DNA of 29,742 bases from Methanoregula sp. Lineage in GTDB: Archaea; Halobacteriota; Methanomicrobia; Methanomicrobiales; Methanospirillaceae. The position numbers were made by a program, and so were the translations under genes. The notes below the pieces were generated by a model. That model was not told the origin of the DNA, searched no databases, and saw only the letters and a list, made by a program, of their open reading frames with translations. This document shows, one piece after another, positions 15,738 to 25,112 of the stretch. Numbering within the stretch: the stretch's first letter is position 1; each line of letters starts with the position of its first letter. Location: positions 1 through 29,742 of the forward strand of contig JBDKTL010000044.1 of NCBI GenBank assembly GCA_039698055.1. The letters are read 5' to 3'.

Positions 15738-17438
15738 ATGGTCGAGGGCAGTTATACGTGCGGAACGGCAGAATTTCCCCTGCTGGGAATGACAATCGGG
15801 GAGATGGTGGACAGCATTGCCGCAAAATACCCGGACACTGAAGCGGTAGTCTCCGTTCACCAGAATATCCGGTGGACATACCGGGAATTTATTGAAAAGG
15901 TCAACGAGATTGCCCGGGCACTGATGGGTCTTGGTGTTGAAAAAGGCGACCGGGTAGCAATCTGGGCGATGAACCATGCCGAATGGATCGCCGTTCAGTT
16001 CGCCACGGCAAAGATCGGGGCGATCATGGTCAATATCAACCCGGCATACCGGACCTACGAACTGGAATATGTGCTCAAGCAGGCAGAGATCCAGACCCTC
16101 ATCATGCAGGGGCGGTTCAAGACCTCGGATTATGTCGGCATGTTCTACGAGGCATGCCCGGAAGCGTACGAGGTAAAACCGGGAAAGATCTCAAGTGAGA
16201 AATTCCCCTTCCTGAAAAATGCCGTATTTATCGGCGATATCCCCTACAACGGGATGTTCACGTGGGAAGATTTTTTGAGAAAGTCCGATGAGGTTTCGAT
16301 GGATGAACTTATCGAACGGGGAGATATGCTCTCCTTTGATGATGCGATCAACATCCAGTACACCAGCGGGACAACGGGTTTTCCAAAAGGAGTTGTCCTG
16401 ACCCATCACGGTGTCCTCAATAACGGGTATATTATCGGTTCAGGAATGGGGTTTACGGAAAAAGACCGGCTCTGCATCCCGGTACCATTCTACCATTGTT
16501 TCGGGATGGTGCTCTCAAACCTTGCCTGTACCACCCACGGGTCGACCATGGTGCTTCCTGCCCCGACATTCGATGCCGAAGAAGTCTTAAAGACGGTCCA
16601 GAATGAGCGCTGCACGGCACTGCACGGTGTGCCGACCATGTTCATCGCCGAACTCGCGCACCCGAATTTCCCGAAATACAATCTCAAGTCCCTGCGGACG
16701 GGCATCATGGCGGGATCTCCCTGCCCGGTAGAAGTGATGAAGCAGGTGAACCAGAGAATGAACATGCGCGATATCGTCATTGTCTATGGCCAGACCGAGA
16801 CAAGTCCCGGTGTTACCATGACCACGACAAAAGATCCCCTTGACCGCCGTGTCACCACCATCGGCCGGGCATTCCCGCACACGGAACTCAAGATTGTCGA
16901 TCCAAAAACCCATAAAATTGTTCCCGTTGGCGAGATTGGGGAGATATGCGCACGTGGCTATTGTGTCATGAAATGCTATTACAACAACCCGTCGGCAACC
17001 CACGCAACGCTCGACAACAACCACTGGAACCATACCGGCGATCTGGCAACAATGGATGAGGAAGGATACTTCAAGATTGTCGGGCGCCTCAAGGATATGG
17101 TCATCCGTGGCGGGGAAAATATCTACCCACGGGAGATTGAAGAGTTCCTGCATCACCATGAAAAGATTGCAGATGCCTACATGGTGGGCGTCCCTGATGT
17201 AAAATACGGCGAAGAATTATGTGTCTGGATTAAGGTTAAGGACGGGCAGACCCTTACTGAAGCCGAAGTAAAAGAATTCTGTAAGGGAAAGATTGCCCAT
17301 TTTAAAATCCCCCGGTATGTCCGGTTCGTGACTGATTTTCCCATGAGTGTTTCCGGTAAGATCCAGAAATTCAAGATGCGGGAAGAGTCCATAAAAGCGC
17401 TCGGGTTAGAAGAAGCAGAAAAAATTGTGACTGCATAG
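15738..17438 (+). CDS. Acyl-CoA synthetase (AMP-forming), ACSF2/FadD-like
   Basis: YTSGTTGFPKG AMP-binding motif, YGQTE, HTGD, GRLKDMVIRGGENIYPREIE and SGKIQK. Confidence 0.96.
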   Translation: MVEGSYTCGTAEFPLLGMTIGEMVDSIAAKYPDTEAVVSVHQNIRWTYREFIEKVNEIARALMGLGVEKGDRVAIWAMNHAEWIAVQFATAKIGAIMVNINPAYRTYELEYVLKQAEIQTLIMQGRFKTSDYVGMFYEACPEAYEVKPGKISSEKFPFLKNAVFIGDIPYNGMFTWEDFLRKSDEVSMDELIERGDMLSFDDAINIQYTSGTTGFPKGVVLTHHGVLNNGYIIGSGMGFTEKDRLCIPVPFYHCFGMVLSNLACTTHGSTMVLPAPTFDAEEVLKTVQNERCTALHGVPTMFIAELAHPNFPKYNLKSLRTGIMAGSPCPVEVMKQVNQRMNMRDIVIVYGQTETSPGVTMTTTKDPLDRRVTTIGRAFPHTELKIVDPKTHKIVPVGEIGEICARGYCVMKCYYNNPSATHATLDNNHWNHTGDLATMDEEGYFKIVGRLKDMVIRGGENIYPREIEEFLHHHEKIADAYMVGVPDVKYGEELCVWIKVKDGQTLTEAEVKEFCKGKIAHFKIPRYVRFVTDFPMSVSGKIQKFKMREESIKALGLEEAEKIVTA

Positions 17439-17920
17439 GTTCGGATGTAAAAAAAAAATATTTCCTGCGGCAAACATTACCAATCGCCCCGGACCGGAAT
17501 AATAGGTAAAACCAGCATACTTTTTTTTGAAATTCCGGGTACGGTAAATAGTCCAGGTGGCCACAGCAATTACATCCTGGAACAATGACAAGTCGGTCCT
17601 GGATCGTGCTTCACTGATATCGCGGCCGAAAAATGACGTTTCACACACCGGGAAGCATTCCGCCTATCCATGATTCATGTATCATAATATCGGCTTTACC
17701 CGGAACCAGACCGGCAGGGATTGTGGCATTGGGAGGACAAAGGTACGTCACCAATTTTTTGCCGGGTTTTTTCCCATGAAAATACCAGTAATAAAAGTAA
17801 TCCTCCGGCCGGCGAACCGGAACTATCTGGAGTCGAGCTTCTTTGAGGGTGGTTCTTAAAAAAGGAGGTGAGAGGGTGCACAATCGCATCCTGCACGTTA
17901 CCAGAAAATAAATCATACAC

Positions 17921-19375
17921 TTACTGCGCAGGAATTTTCTCTTTTTTCCCGCGCGCAAGCGATGCAAATACCCCGATGACACACAAGACCGTAAAGAGGA
18001 TGAATGCATACTGGAGGCTTGCAACAAACTGCGGGTAATTTGCCGGGGTGATCTCGACTCTACCAATCACCACGGAAAAAATCATCATTGCAATTCCCAT
18101 CGAGAGCATCTGCCCGAGCAGACGCATGGTCCCGACAATGCCGGAGGCAACGCCATAATATCGTTTCTCGACCGCACTCATGATCGCGTTGGTGTTGGGC
18201 GACGAGAAGAGACCAAATCCCAGTCCGACAATGACAAGCGCAGCAATGATGTACCAGAGGGGGGTAGTTTCGGTCAGGAATACCAGCATGAAGAGCCCGG
18301 CTGCGGTAAATCCCATACCAGCGGATGAAATGATCTGCGAATCATACCGGTCTGATAGCCTGCCGGCAAACGGCGATGCCAGCATCTGGATAACCGGGGC
18401 TGCAACAATGATAAACCCGGCAGATTCCGGTGAAAACCCTTTGGTGTACTGGAGGTCGAGACTGAGCAGGAATGCAATGGCATAGGTTGCGCTGTAATTA
18501 ATCAGTGCCGCCATATTGGAAAATGCAAAGACCCGGCTTTTGGAAAAAAGTCCGATGTTCAGCACGGGAAATGCCCGCCGCTTTTCAAACCATACGAATA
18601 CTGCGGCACCCATGATGCCGGCAAGCACAAGGAATCCTCCGGTAACTGATGGCAGGATCGAGAACCCGTACATAATCGCAATAAGGGTAGCTCCCCAGAT
18701 CAGTGAACCGGTTATATCGAACGGTTCGCCATTGCATTCCGCCCATTCACCTTTGAGTTTCCAGCAGACCAGCAGGATTACAGCAATGCCAATCGGGACA
18801 TTTACGTAAAATATGCTCCGCCAGCCAAGATGATCCGTAAGAATGCCGCCCAAAAACGGGCCAAGCGAGAGCCCGAGGTAGACAAAGGTGATATAGATCC
18901 CCAATGCATTCCCCCGCTCGCCCGGTGGATAAACCGAGGTGAGGATGGCGACAGCAGTCCCAAATATCATCGAGCTGCCAAGCCCCTGGATAATACGAAC
19001 AGCTATCAGCTGTTCAGGAGAACCGACCAGCGTCATTGCCAGCGACGCAACGGTAAATATGCCGATGCCGTAGAGAAATATTTTTTTGCGGCCATAGATA
19101 TCGGCAATCTTTCCAAAGGGGACAAGGAAAAGTGCGGATGCAAGAAGGTATGCCGTCGCCACCCAGGAAAGCGCGACTGCATCCATGTGAAACGTTGACC
19201 CGATGGTGGGAAGGGCGATATTGACCGCAGAGCCATCAAACGGTGTAAGAAAGCCAGCAAGAATGGCAATAACCAGGACAAGGCGTTTTTCTATCTTGGT
19301 TACTACCGTAGCCGGCGTATGACAGATCAGGGGATCCTGCGTATTGCTGGTCGTGGCAGGAGATGGCTCTTTCAT
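17921..19375 (-). CDS. MFS transporter, DHA2 (EmrB/QacA, 14-TMS) family
   Basis: DGSAVNIALP (motif D1), GKIADIYGRKK (motif A), GPFLGG (motif C) and WRSIFYVNVPIG. Confidence 0.95.
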   Translation of the reverse strand: MKEPSPATTSNTQDPLICHTPATVVTKIEKRLVLVIAILAGFLTPFDGSAVNIALPTIGSTFHMDAVALSWVATAYLLASALFLVPFGKIADIYGRKKIFLYGIGIFTVASLAMTLVGSPEQLIAVRIIQGLGSSMIFGTAVAILTSVYPPGERGNALGIYITFVYLGLSLGPFLGGILTDHLGWRSIFYVNVPIGIAVILLVCWKLKGEWAECNGEPFDITGSLIWGATLIAIMYGFSILPSVTGGFLVLAGIMGAAVFVWFEKRRAFPVLNIGLFSKSRVFAFSNMAALINYSATYAIAFLLSLDLQYTKGFSPESAGFIIVAAPVIQMLASPFAGRLSDRYDSQIISSAGMGFTAAGLFMLVFLTETTPLWYIIAALVIVGLGFGLFSSPNTNAIMSAVEKRYYGVASGIVGTMRLLGQMLSMGIAMMIFSVVIGRVEITPANYPQFVASLQYAFILFTVLCVIGVFASLARGKKEKIPAQ

Positions 19376-19485
19376 ACGATGCCCCGCCGGAAAAACCTGT
19401 GCCGGAAATGTCCGCGCCCTTCACCAGGAGTCATACCTGTAATCCCGTTCCCGTGCGTTTTTTTAATCGGCCTTCAACAAAAAAA

Positions 19486-19674
19486 TTAAAAGACGCCAAA
19501 CCATGCGATGTACGATATGGCAACCATTACGATAAGCAGGATAATGAGAATTTTGTACCCGCATTTTTCACAGATCCCAAACAGGGAGGGTGTGCATTCA
19601 TGGCAGTAACTGGACGAACAGATGCGGCATGTTTTTGATCCTTCTGCATGCGGGTGTTTTTGACAGTGCTCCAT
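19486..19674 (-). CDS. Small B-box-like zinc-finger protein with a C-terminal TM helix (62 aa)
   Basis: CxxH-x8-CxxC-x4-CxxC-x7-CxxC followed by ILIILLIVMVAISYIAWFGVF; oligo-T after the stop. Confidence 0.8.
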   Translation of the reverse strand: MEHCQKHPHAEGSKTCRICSSSYCHECTPSLFGICEKCGYKILIILLIVMVAISYIAWFGVF

Positions 19675-20070
19675 GCATACCGGTTAATCGCAAAAACGTA
19701 TAGAGGTTGGGTTTAGTCGTGGGTGACTTTGGTGCACCGGGCAACAGGTTATTTGCCGCGAACCAGCGTTTCAATAAAATCCGACGCACGTCTCTTGGTT
19801 TCAAAGGTGGCTGCTTCATCGCGTTTAAAAGACTGCAGTAATAATATCGCCCTCCTCACCGTCATGAGGTCAAAAAGTCCGGGGAATATTTATCCGGATT
19901 TCATTATCTTCCACAAAGATGAGAAACGCAAACACAAAGTCCAGCAGGTCAACCACCGCTTTCACCAGATGCCTCCCTTGGATCGTTGAACATTATTTTC
20001 CCCCCTTCATCATGCACCCGTGCTGTTTTGCCGCACTGCCAAAAAAGAATAACGAATTAAAAAAAAATCC

Positions 20071-21393
20071 TTACCGGGTTTGTGCCCGGCTGACAAGTGC
20101 CTGTGCAGCCGCATCAGCCCGGGTAAGGATGGTGTCATCGCCGGGGATTTCCTGGTTCAGCATCAATACCCGCCCGTTGCAGATGGTCGTCTCAACCGCT
20201 GCACCGGTGCAGGAATAGACGAGATTTGAACTGGCATTGTGCAGGGGCGTGTTGCAGGGAACCCGTGTCGAAACAAGGATGATATCGGCTGGTGTGCCGG
20301 CAGCAAGTCTGCCGGTGCCAAACCTTAGTGCCTGTGCACCGGCAGTCGTCGCCATCGCAAGTGCGTCCGGGGCCGGGAGTATCGTTGGATCGTTCCAGAA
20401 AAATTTCTGGAGAAGAGCGGCGGTTTTTGCTTCTTCCAGCATATCGAGATTGTTATTAGAGGCGCAACCGTCCGTACCAAGACAGACGTTTGCCCCGGCA
20501 GCTTTGAGGCTCCGGTAGGGCAATGCCCGGTGCGTCGCAAGTTTCATGTTGCTTGCCGGGTTGTGCGACACACTCACCCCGCGTTTGCCCAGCAGTGCGC
20601 ATTCTGCATCGTCAAGCCAGCACCCGTGGGCTGCGACCGTCCGTGAGGTCAGGAGCCCGCAGTCGTCCAGCAGGAAGGCCGGGCGTTTGCCGAACTGTGC
20701 AACGCAGTCATTGACCTCTTTTTCAGTTTCCGAGAGGTGAATGTGAATGCCGATATCCTGTTCACGCGCAAATTCCGCACACCACCGCAGGCCTTCCGGC
20801 GAGACCGTGTAGGGTGAATGGGGACCGGCGGCAGCTTTGATACGGGGGTTGCCAAGCGAGCGGATATGGGAGACCAGGTTCTCGGTGGCCCTGCACTCGG
20901 CCTCCCGTTTTTCCGGAATGCCCAGATCGATGAACCCGTAGCTGAGCTGTGCCCGGATGCCCGATTCATCGACCGCACGTGCGGCATCGTTCATGAAGAA
21001 GTACATATCGTTGAACGCCGTTGTCCCGGTCCGGATCATCTCAAGGCAGGCAAGTTTTGTCCCCCAGTAGACATCGTCGCCGGTCAGGTGCGCCTCAAGT
21101 GGCCAGATCTTCTGTGCGAGCCAGTCCTGCAGGATCATATCGTCTGCGTACCCGCGCAGCAGTGACATTGCCGCGTGCGTATGCGTATTGACCAGTCCCG
21201 GAAGGGCGATTGCACGGTCGCCGTCGACAATGAATTCGGCTTCATCTTTGTGCCGGTCCCGTACCTGTTCACCAATATCGCCGATTTTCCCGTCTTCGTT
21301 TACAAAAATATCAACTGCTTTTTCATCCACCTTCACGTTTGTGATGAGAAGCGAATGATTTCCGTCAAAAATATCGTCCATGTAAAAGTTCAC
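20071..21393 (-). CDS. mtaD: 5'-methylthioadenosine / SAH / 5'-deoxyadenosine deaminase (MtaD/DadD amidohydrolase)
   Basis: PGLVNTHTH, LRGYADD, WLAQKIWPLE, HIHLSET and GTDGCASNNNLD; 4-bp overlap with the phosphorylase gene. Confidence 0.88.
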   Translation of the reverse strand: MNFYMDDIFDGNHSLLITNVKVDEKAVDIFVNEDGKIGDIGEQVRDRHKDEAEFIVDGDRAIALPGLVNTHTHAAMSLLRGYADDMILQDWLAQKIWPLEAHLTGDDVYWGTKLACLEMIRTGTTAFNDMYFFMNDAARAVDESGIRAQLSYGFIDLGIPEKREAECRATENLVSHIRSLGNPRIKAAAGPHSPYTVSPEGLRWCAEFAREQDIGIHIHLSETEKEVNDCVAQFGKRPAFLLDDCGLLTSRTVAAHGCWLDDAECALLGKRGVSVSHNPASNMKLATHRALPYRSLKAAGANVCLGTDGCASNNNLDMLEEAKTAALLQKFFWNDPTILPAPDALAMATTAGAQALRFGTGRLAAGTPADIILVSTRVPCNTPLHNASSNLVYSCTGAAVETTICNGRVLMLNQEIPGDDTILTRADAAAQALVSRAQTR

Positions 21394-22070
21394 CCTTCCT
21401 GACCCATGTTTTTGATAATCGATCTCACCATCTCTTCGGTCCGGTGCCGGTGAGTCCGTGACGTGGAGAGGATATGCTCGTACGTGAGGACATCGCCTCC
21501 CAATCCGTTTGCATAGTTATCCACCGTGCAGAGCGCAGAAAAATCCATGCCCAGTTCGCACGCGAGGGTCGCCTCGGAAGCGACCGTCATTCCCACCACA
21601 TCGGCAACCTTTGCAAGCGCAGCAACTTCTGCAACGGTCTCGATCCGCGGACCTTTTGTCTGGACATAAATTCCCCCGAGCCGGGCTGACGGCACCAGCT
21701 CGCTGAGGCGCCGCGCCATTTCGAACGAAAGTTCGGGACGGACATGCTCCATGGCATGGTCGTGGATGGAAGGCACATCGGTCACGCTGATATAATCGGT
21801 GGGAATTAAAAGTGACCCTGGCGCAATTTCGGTTTTAAGCGATCCCGACGACCCGAATGCAACGATACGATCGACGCCGGCAAGTGCAAGAGCCGCAAGG
21901 TTTGCCCGGTAATTAATCCGGTGCGGGGGCTTCTGGTGCTGGTGCCGCATCAGGATTACCACGTCACCGCACAGCAGTTCTGCCGGCCCAAATGGCGTGT
22001 GAACGGTCTGTTTTTCAAGCGGGGGAAGCGTGGAGAACAACAGGCTCGTCCCGCCGATGATGCCTAACAT
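21390..22070 (-). CDS. MTAP-family purine nucleoside phosphorylase, probably methylthioinosine phosphorylase
   Basis: LGIIGGTS, TPFG, PPHRINYRAN, GPRIET and VVGMT motifs; VDNYA has Asn at the base-specificity position. Confidence 0.9.
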   Translation of the reverse strand: MLGIIGGTSLLFSTLPPLEKQTVHTPFGPAELLCGDVVILMRHQHQKPPHRINYRANLAALALAGVDRIVAFGSSGSLKTEIAPGSLLIPTDYISVTDVPSIHDHAMEHVRPELSFEMARRLSELVPSARLGGIYVQTKGPRIETVAEVAALAKVADVVGMTVASEATLACELGMDFSALCTVDNYANGLGGDVLTYEHILSTSRTHRHRTEEMVRSIIKNMGQEG

Positions 22071-22244
22071 CTAAAACATTCACGCTCCGGGCGGGGGCTC
22101 ATTAAAAAGGTTATACGGGGGGATACAGGATGCATGACCATCATATCTCACGAACAAAGTTGTGCGCACCTCCACTAATAGCTACCTCACATGACCCGGG
22201 GATACGGCAACCGTAAAAATACCGGGCGCACATATCATGCTATC

Positions 22245-23381
22245 ATGGGCATTTTCGATACCGTCAGCGATACAACCATAAAAAATGGTGAATGTACGGA
22301 CATCTATTTTGTCCGCACCGAAGAGACCCTCAAAGCCGAACATATCAACCCGCAGGTTTCCATGGAAGTAATGGCAATGGCACTGCCGGATTCATGGGCC
22401 GTATTCTGCGGGCTTGCGGATGTGCTTTCTCTTCTTAAAGGCCTGCCCGTAACGGTCGATGCAATGGCAGAAGGAACGATCTTTTACCCGAACGAGCCGG
22501 TGCTGCGCATTTCCGGGAAATACCGGGATTTCTGCCGGTACGAGACGGCGATCCTTGGTTTTCTCTGCCACGCATCCGGTATCGCATCGGCAACCACGCA
22601 TATTATGCAGGAAGCCCGTGGGCGCCCGGTATATTCGTTTGGTTCGCGCCGCCAGCACCCGGCTATTGCAGCGATGATCGAGCGCGCCGCGTGGATTGGC
22701 GGTGCAGACGGTGTGTCCAATACGTGCGCCCCAAAGGGTATGCCTGTCGTAGGGACGATGCCGCATGCAATGGTGATGTGCTTTGAAACACCGGAGGATG
22801 CGTGGAAATCCTTTGACCGGCATGCCCCAAAAGACGTTCCCCGCATCATGCTGTGCGATACTTATTGCGATGAGAAAGCAGAGTCCCTGCGTGCGGCAGC
22901 ATGCGGCGCAACGGCAGTCCGGCTCGATACGCCGCGCTCCCGGCGCGGGAACATGCAGGCGATTATCGATGAAGTGCGCTGGGAGCTGGATGCGCACGGG
23001 TACTCGAACGTCAAGATCTTCTTATCCGGCGGCGTGACCAGAGAGGACGTTATCGCGTACCGGGCATCGGTGGATGCCTTTGGCATTGGCGGCGCGATAG
23101 CAAATGCTCCTGTAATCGATTTTGCCATGGACATTGTTGAGATTGAAGGGCAGCCCAAAGCAAAACGCGGGAAGCGCAGCGGCATCAAGCAGGTGTACCG
23201 GCTCGTCTGCGACGACCACCGGACCCTGCCGGTCAAATCTGTTCCCCCGGCAGGGGCCGTACCGCTCCTCGTACGGTTCATCGATAATGGCAGGATCGTC
23301 ATGCAGTCCGATATGCAGGAAGCCCGGGATCGGGTGCACGCATGGCTGAAACATACGGCAGAAGACCGGAAAAAGAAATAA
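22245..23381 (+). CDS. pncB: Nicotinate phosphoribosyltransferase
   Basis: TDIYF, YETAILG, SFGSRRQHP, GTMPH (phospho-His), AVRLDT, IFLSGG and KRGK; probable start ATG 22245. Confidence 0.92.
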   Translation: MGIFDTVSDTTIKNGECTDIYFVRTEETLKAEHINPQVSMEVMAMALPDSWAVFCGLADVLSLLKGLPVTVDAMAEGTIFYPNEPVLRISGKYRDFCRYETAILGFLCHASGIASATTHIMQEARGRPVYSFGSRRQHPAIAAMIERAAWIGGADGVSNTCAPKGMPVVGTMPHAMVMCFETPEDAWKSFDRHAPKDVPRIMLCDTYCDEKAESLRAAACGATAVRLDTPRSRRGNMQAIIDEVRWELDAHGYSNVKIFLSGGVTREDVIAYRASVDAFGIGGAIANAPVIDFAMDIVEIEGQPKAKRGKRSGIKQVYRLVCDDHRTLPVKSVPPAGAVPLLVRFIDNGRIVMQSDMQEARDRVHAWLKHTAEDRKKK

Positions 23382-23401
23382 TTTTTTTGCTTTTCTTTTT
23401 T
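23382..23401 (+). terminator. Oligo-T terminator after pncB
   Basis: TTTTTTTGCTTTTCTTTTTT immediately after the stop codon. Confidence 0.55.
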
Positions 23402-23608
23402 GGTAAAATAAAAACCGGGTGATAGCAGTCCCCGCACCGGTGCAAAAAACCGGTGTCTATCTTTTCCTTTTTTTACAATTGCCGGCTTTTTTTACCCATG
23501 AGATTTTTCAGGATCTTTTCCTACGGGAAAATAATTGACCGGATTATCCCCACGAGTCAAAAGTGGATAAACCCGATAGCGCATGGCAAAAATCCTAAAA
23601 AAAAAAAA

Positions 23609-24670
23609 TTACCGGATGCTCTGCCATATTGCCAGGACAAACTCAAGGGCAATCAAAATGATGACGACCCATTCAAGAAAATGCGAATGCTGGATCCGCA
23701 CTTCGTCGGACAACATCGAGTAGTTCTCCCGGATCACATCGATCTTCCGGCTGACACTCTCGCTCCACTGGCCGCACCGCAGCACTTTTAAAGCGGTCGA
23801 GTACACCCGGGCATAATACACATCCTCGGTCACTTTGATGAGGTTGTCCACTTTCTCAATGACCTCGGATATCCCCGCGTACGTTTCCATCTGTTCTGCC
23901 ATGATCGCATGGTACTGGCGGCTCCGCCGAATCGGTGAAAAACGGTCCGCGTGTTCGATATCGTCGTACATCTTTGCCATCTGCCGGGTCAGCTCCCGGT
24001 CATAGTAGCGGAGTTCCAGCACCTGGACATTGGCATACTCGATAAGATCGATGATGTCTGTGGGACTTTCCGGATCGCAGAGCAGCGCAGAATCCCATGA
24101 CAGGATTGAACGATCGTCGGCAGAATAACTCAGGGTATTTCTGGTCACTTCCTCCTGCATCTGCGCCGAGATCGCCGCACGGTCTCCCAGAAGGAGGGGA
24201 ACAGGATTAACCGAATCGTTTTTCTGGTCCGTGATGTACACCGTATAATCTTCAAAAAAATCAAATTTTACCGCAAAATTACGGATATGCGGGCGGATGA
24301 TCTCGCTCAGGGTTTTAAGATACTGCTCATAATATTCAGAAAGTCCTTCCTGCCCGGCAAACAAGAACGCAGTCTCTTCAAGGTCCCGGTAATCCGCGCC
24401 GGCATTTTCGTATACGAAACAGAAACTGATTGCCCCGATGTCGTAAATCCGTGCAACGGCAGAAAATTCAAAAAAATGACCCCCGCGCTCCACCCGTACA
24501 GGATTCATCTGGATGAGAAGCGGAGGTTCCTCCATCATGATGGACTTTGGTTTGACCCGCAGGAAACTTGCCCGTGCGGTGAAATAATTATGGGCAAGTG
24601 CCTTCTCCAGCCATGCCAGATCGATCTCACGGCCGATATCAAAAATGCGGTAAAAACGGATGGCTATCAT
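23609..24670 (-). CDS. RMD1/DUF155-like protein with a C-terminal TM helix
   Basis: Long helical region (ELRYYDREL...DVYYARVY) ending in HFLEWVVIILIALE, typical of the RMD1/YagE family. Confidence 0.75.
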   Translation of the reverse strand: MIAIRFYRIFDIGREIDLAWLEKALAHNYFTARASFLRVKPKSIMMEEPPLLIQMNPVRVERGGHFFEFSAVARIYDIGAISFCFVYENAGADYRDLEETAFLFAGQEGLSEYYEQYLKTLSEIIRPHIRNFAVKFDFFEDYTVYITDQKNDSVNPVPLLLGDRAAISAQMQEEVTRNTLSYSADDRSILSWDSALLCDPESPTDIIDLIEYANVQVLELRYYDRELTRQMAKMYDDIEHADRFSPIRRSRQYHAIMAEQMETYAGISEVIEKVDNLIKVTEDVYYARVYSTALKVLRCGQWSESVSRKIDVIRENYSMLSDEVRIQHSHFLEWVVIILIALEFVLAIWQSIR

Positions 24671-25112
24671 TCTTTCCCTTCCCCGTATTGTGGTGCAGGA
24701 TCCGGGAATACCTGAACAGTTGACAGATACTCTTGTATAACATCATGAGTCCCTGATTATCCATAAAGAGATCGCGAGGTATGCCGGCTGGAGAAAAACG
24801 GCAGTTTTTTAATCCGTTTTTTGGCGGGAGGTGATGCTTATGGGCGGATTATCTAACCAGACTGCCCTGTGCGTATGCGCTCAACGGAAAATGCGCTGGC
24901 ATCTGCCGGTTTTTTAAGAACGGGCGAAAAATCACAACCTTCGCCCTGACAAAAATTTTGCCCGTTATCGCACCAGCGGCGTGAAACGGTAAAGGCTTCC
25001 GGGTTCCCGGTCGCACCAAATTCCGAACCTTGGAACGGGTAAAAATCCCTGACTTTTAAAATCGTATAAATACACATATATTATATAGAGGTTTTAATTC
25101 TGTTAGAGAGAA

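Noticed and set aside
17440-17920. 480-bp gap between the convergent acyl-CoA synthetase and MFS genes
   Set aside because: No convincing ORF, repeat or RNA motif found by eye; an Rfam search would be needed to exclude an ncRNA.
24790-24950. Short hairpins (AAAAACGG/CCGTTTTT and GGGCGAA/TTCGCCC) in a divergent intergenic region
   Set aside because: Stems of 7-8 bp with long loops are expected by chance, and they are not repeated elsewhere in the window.
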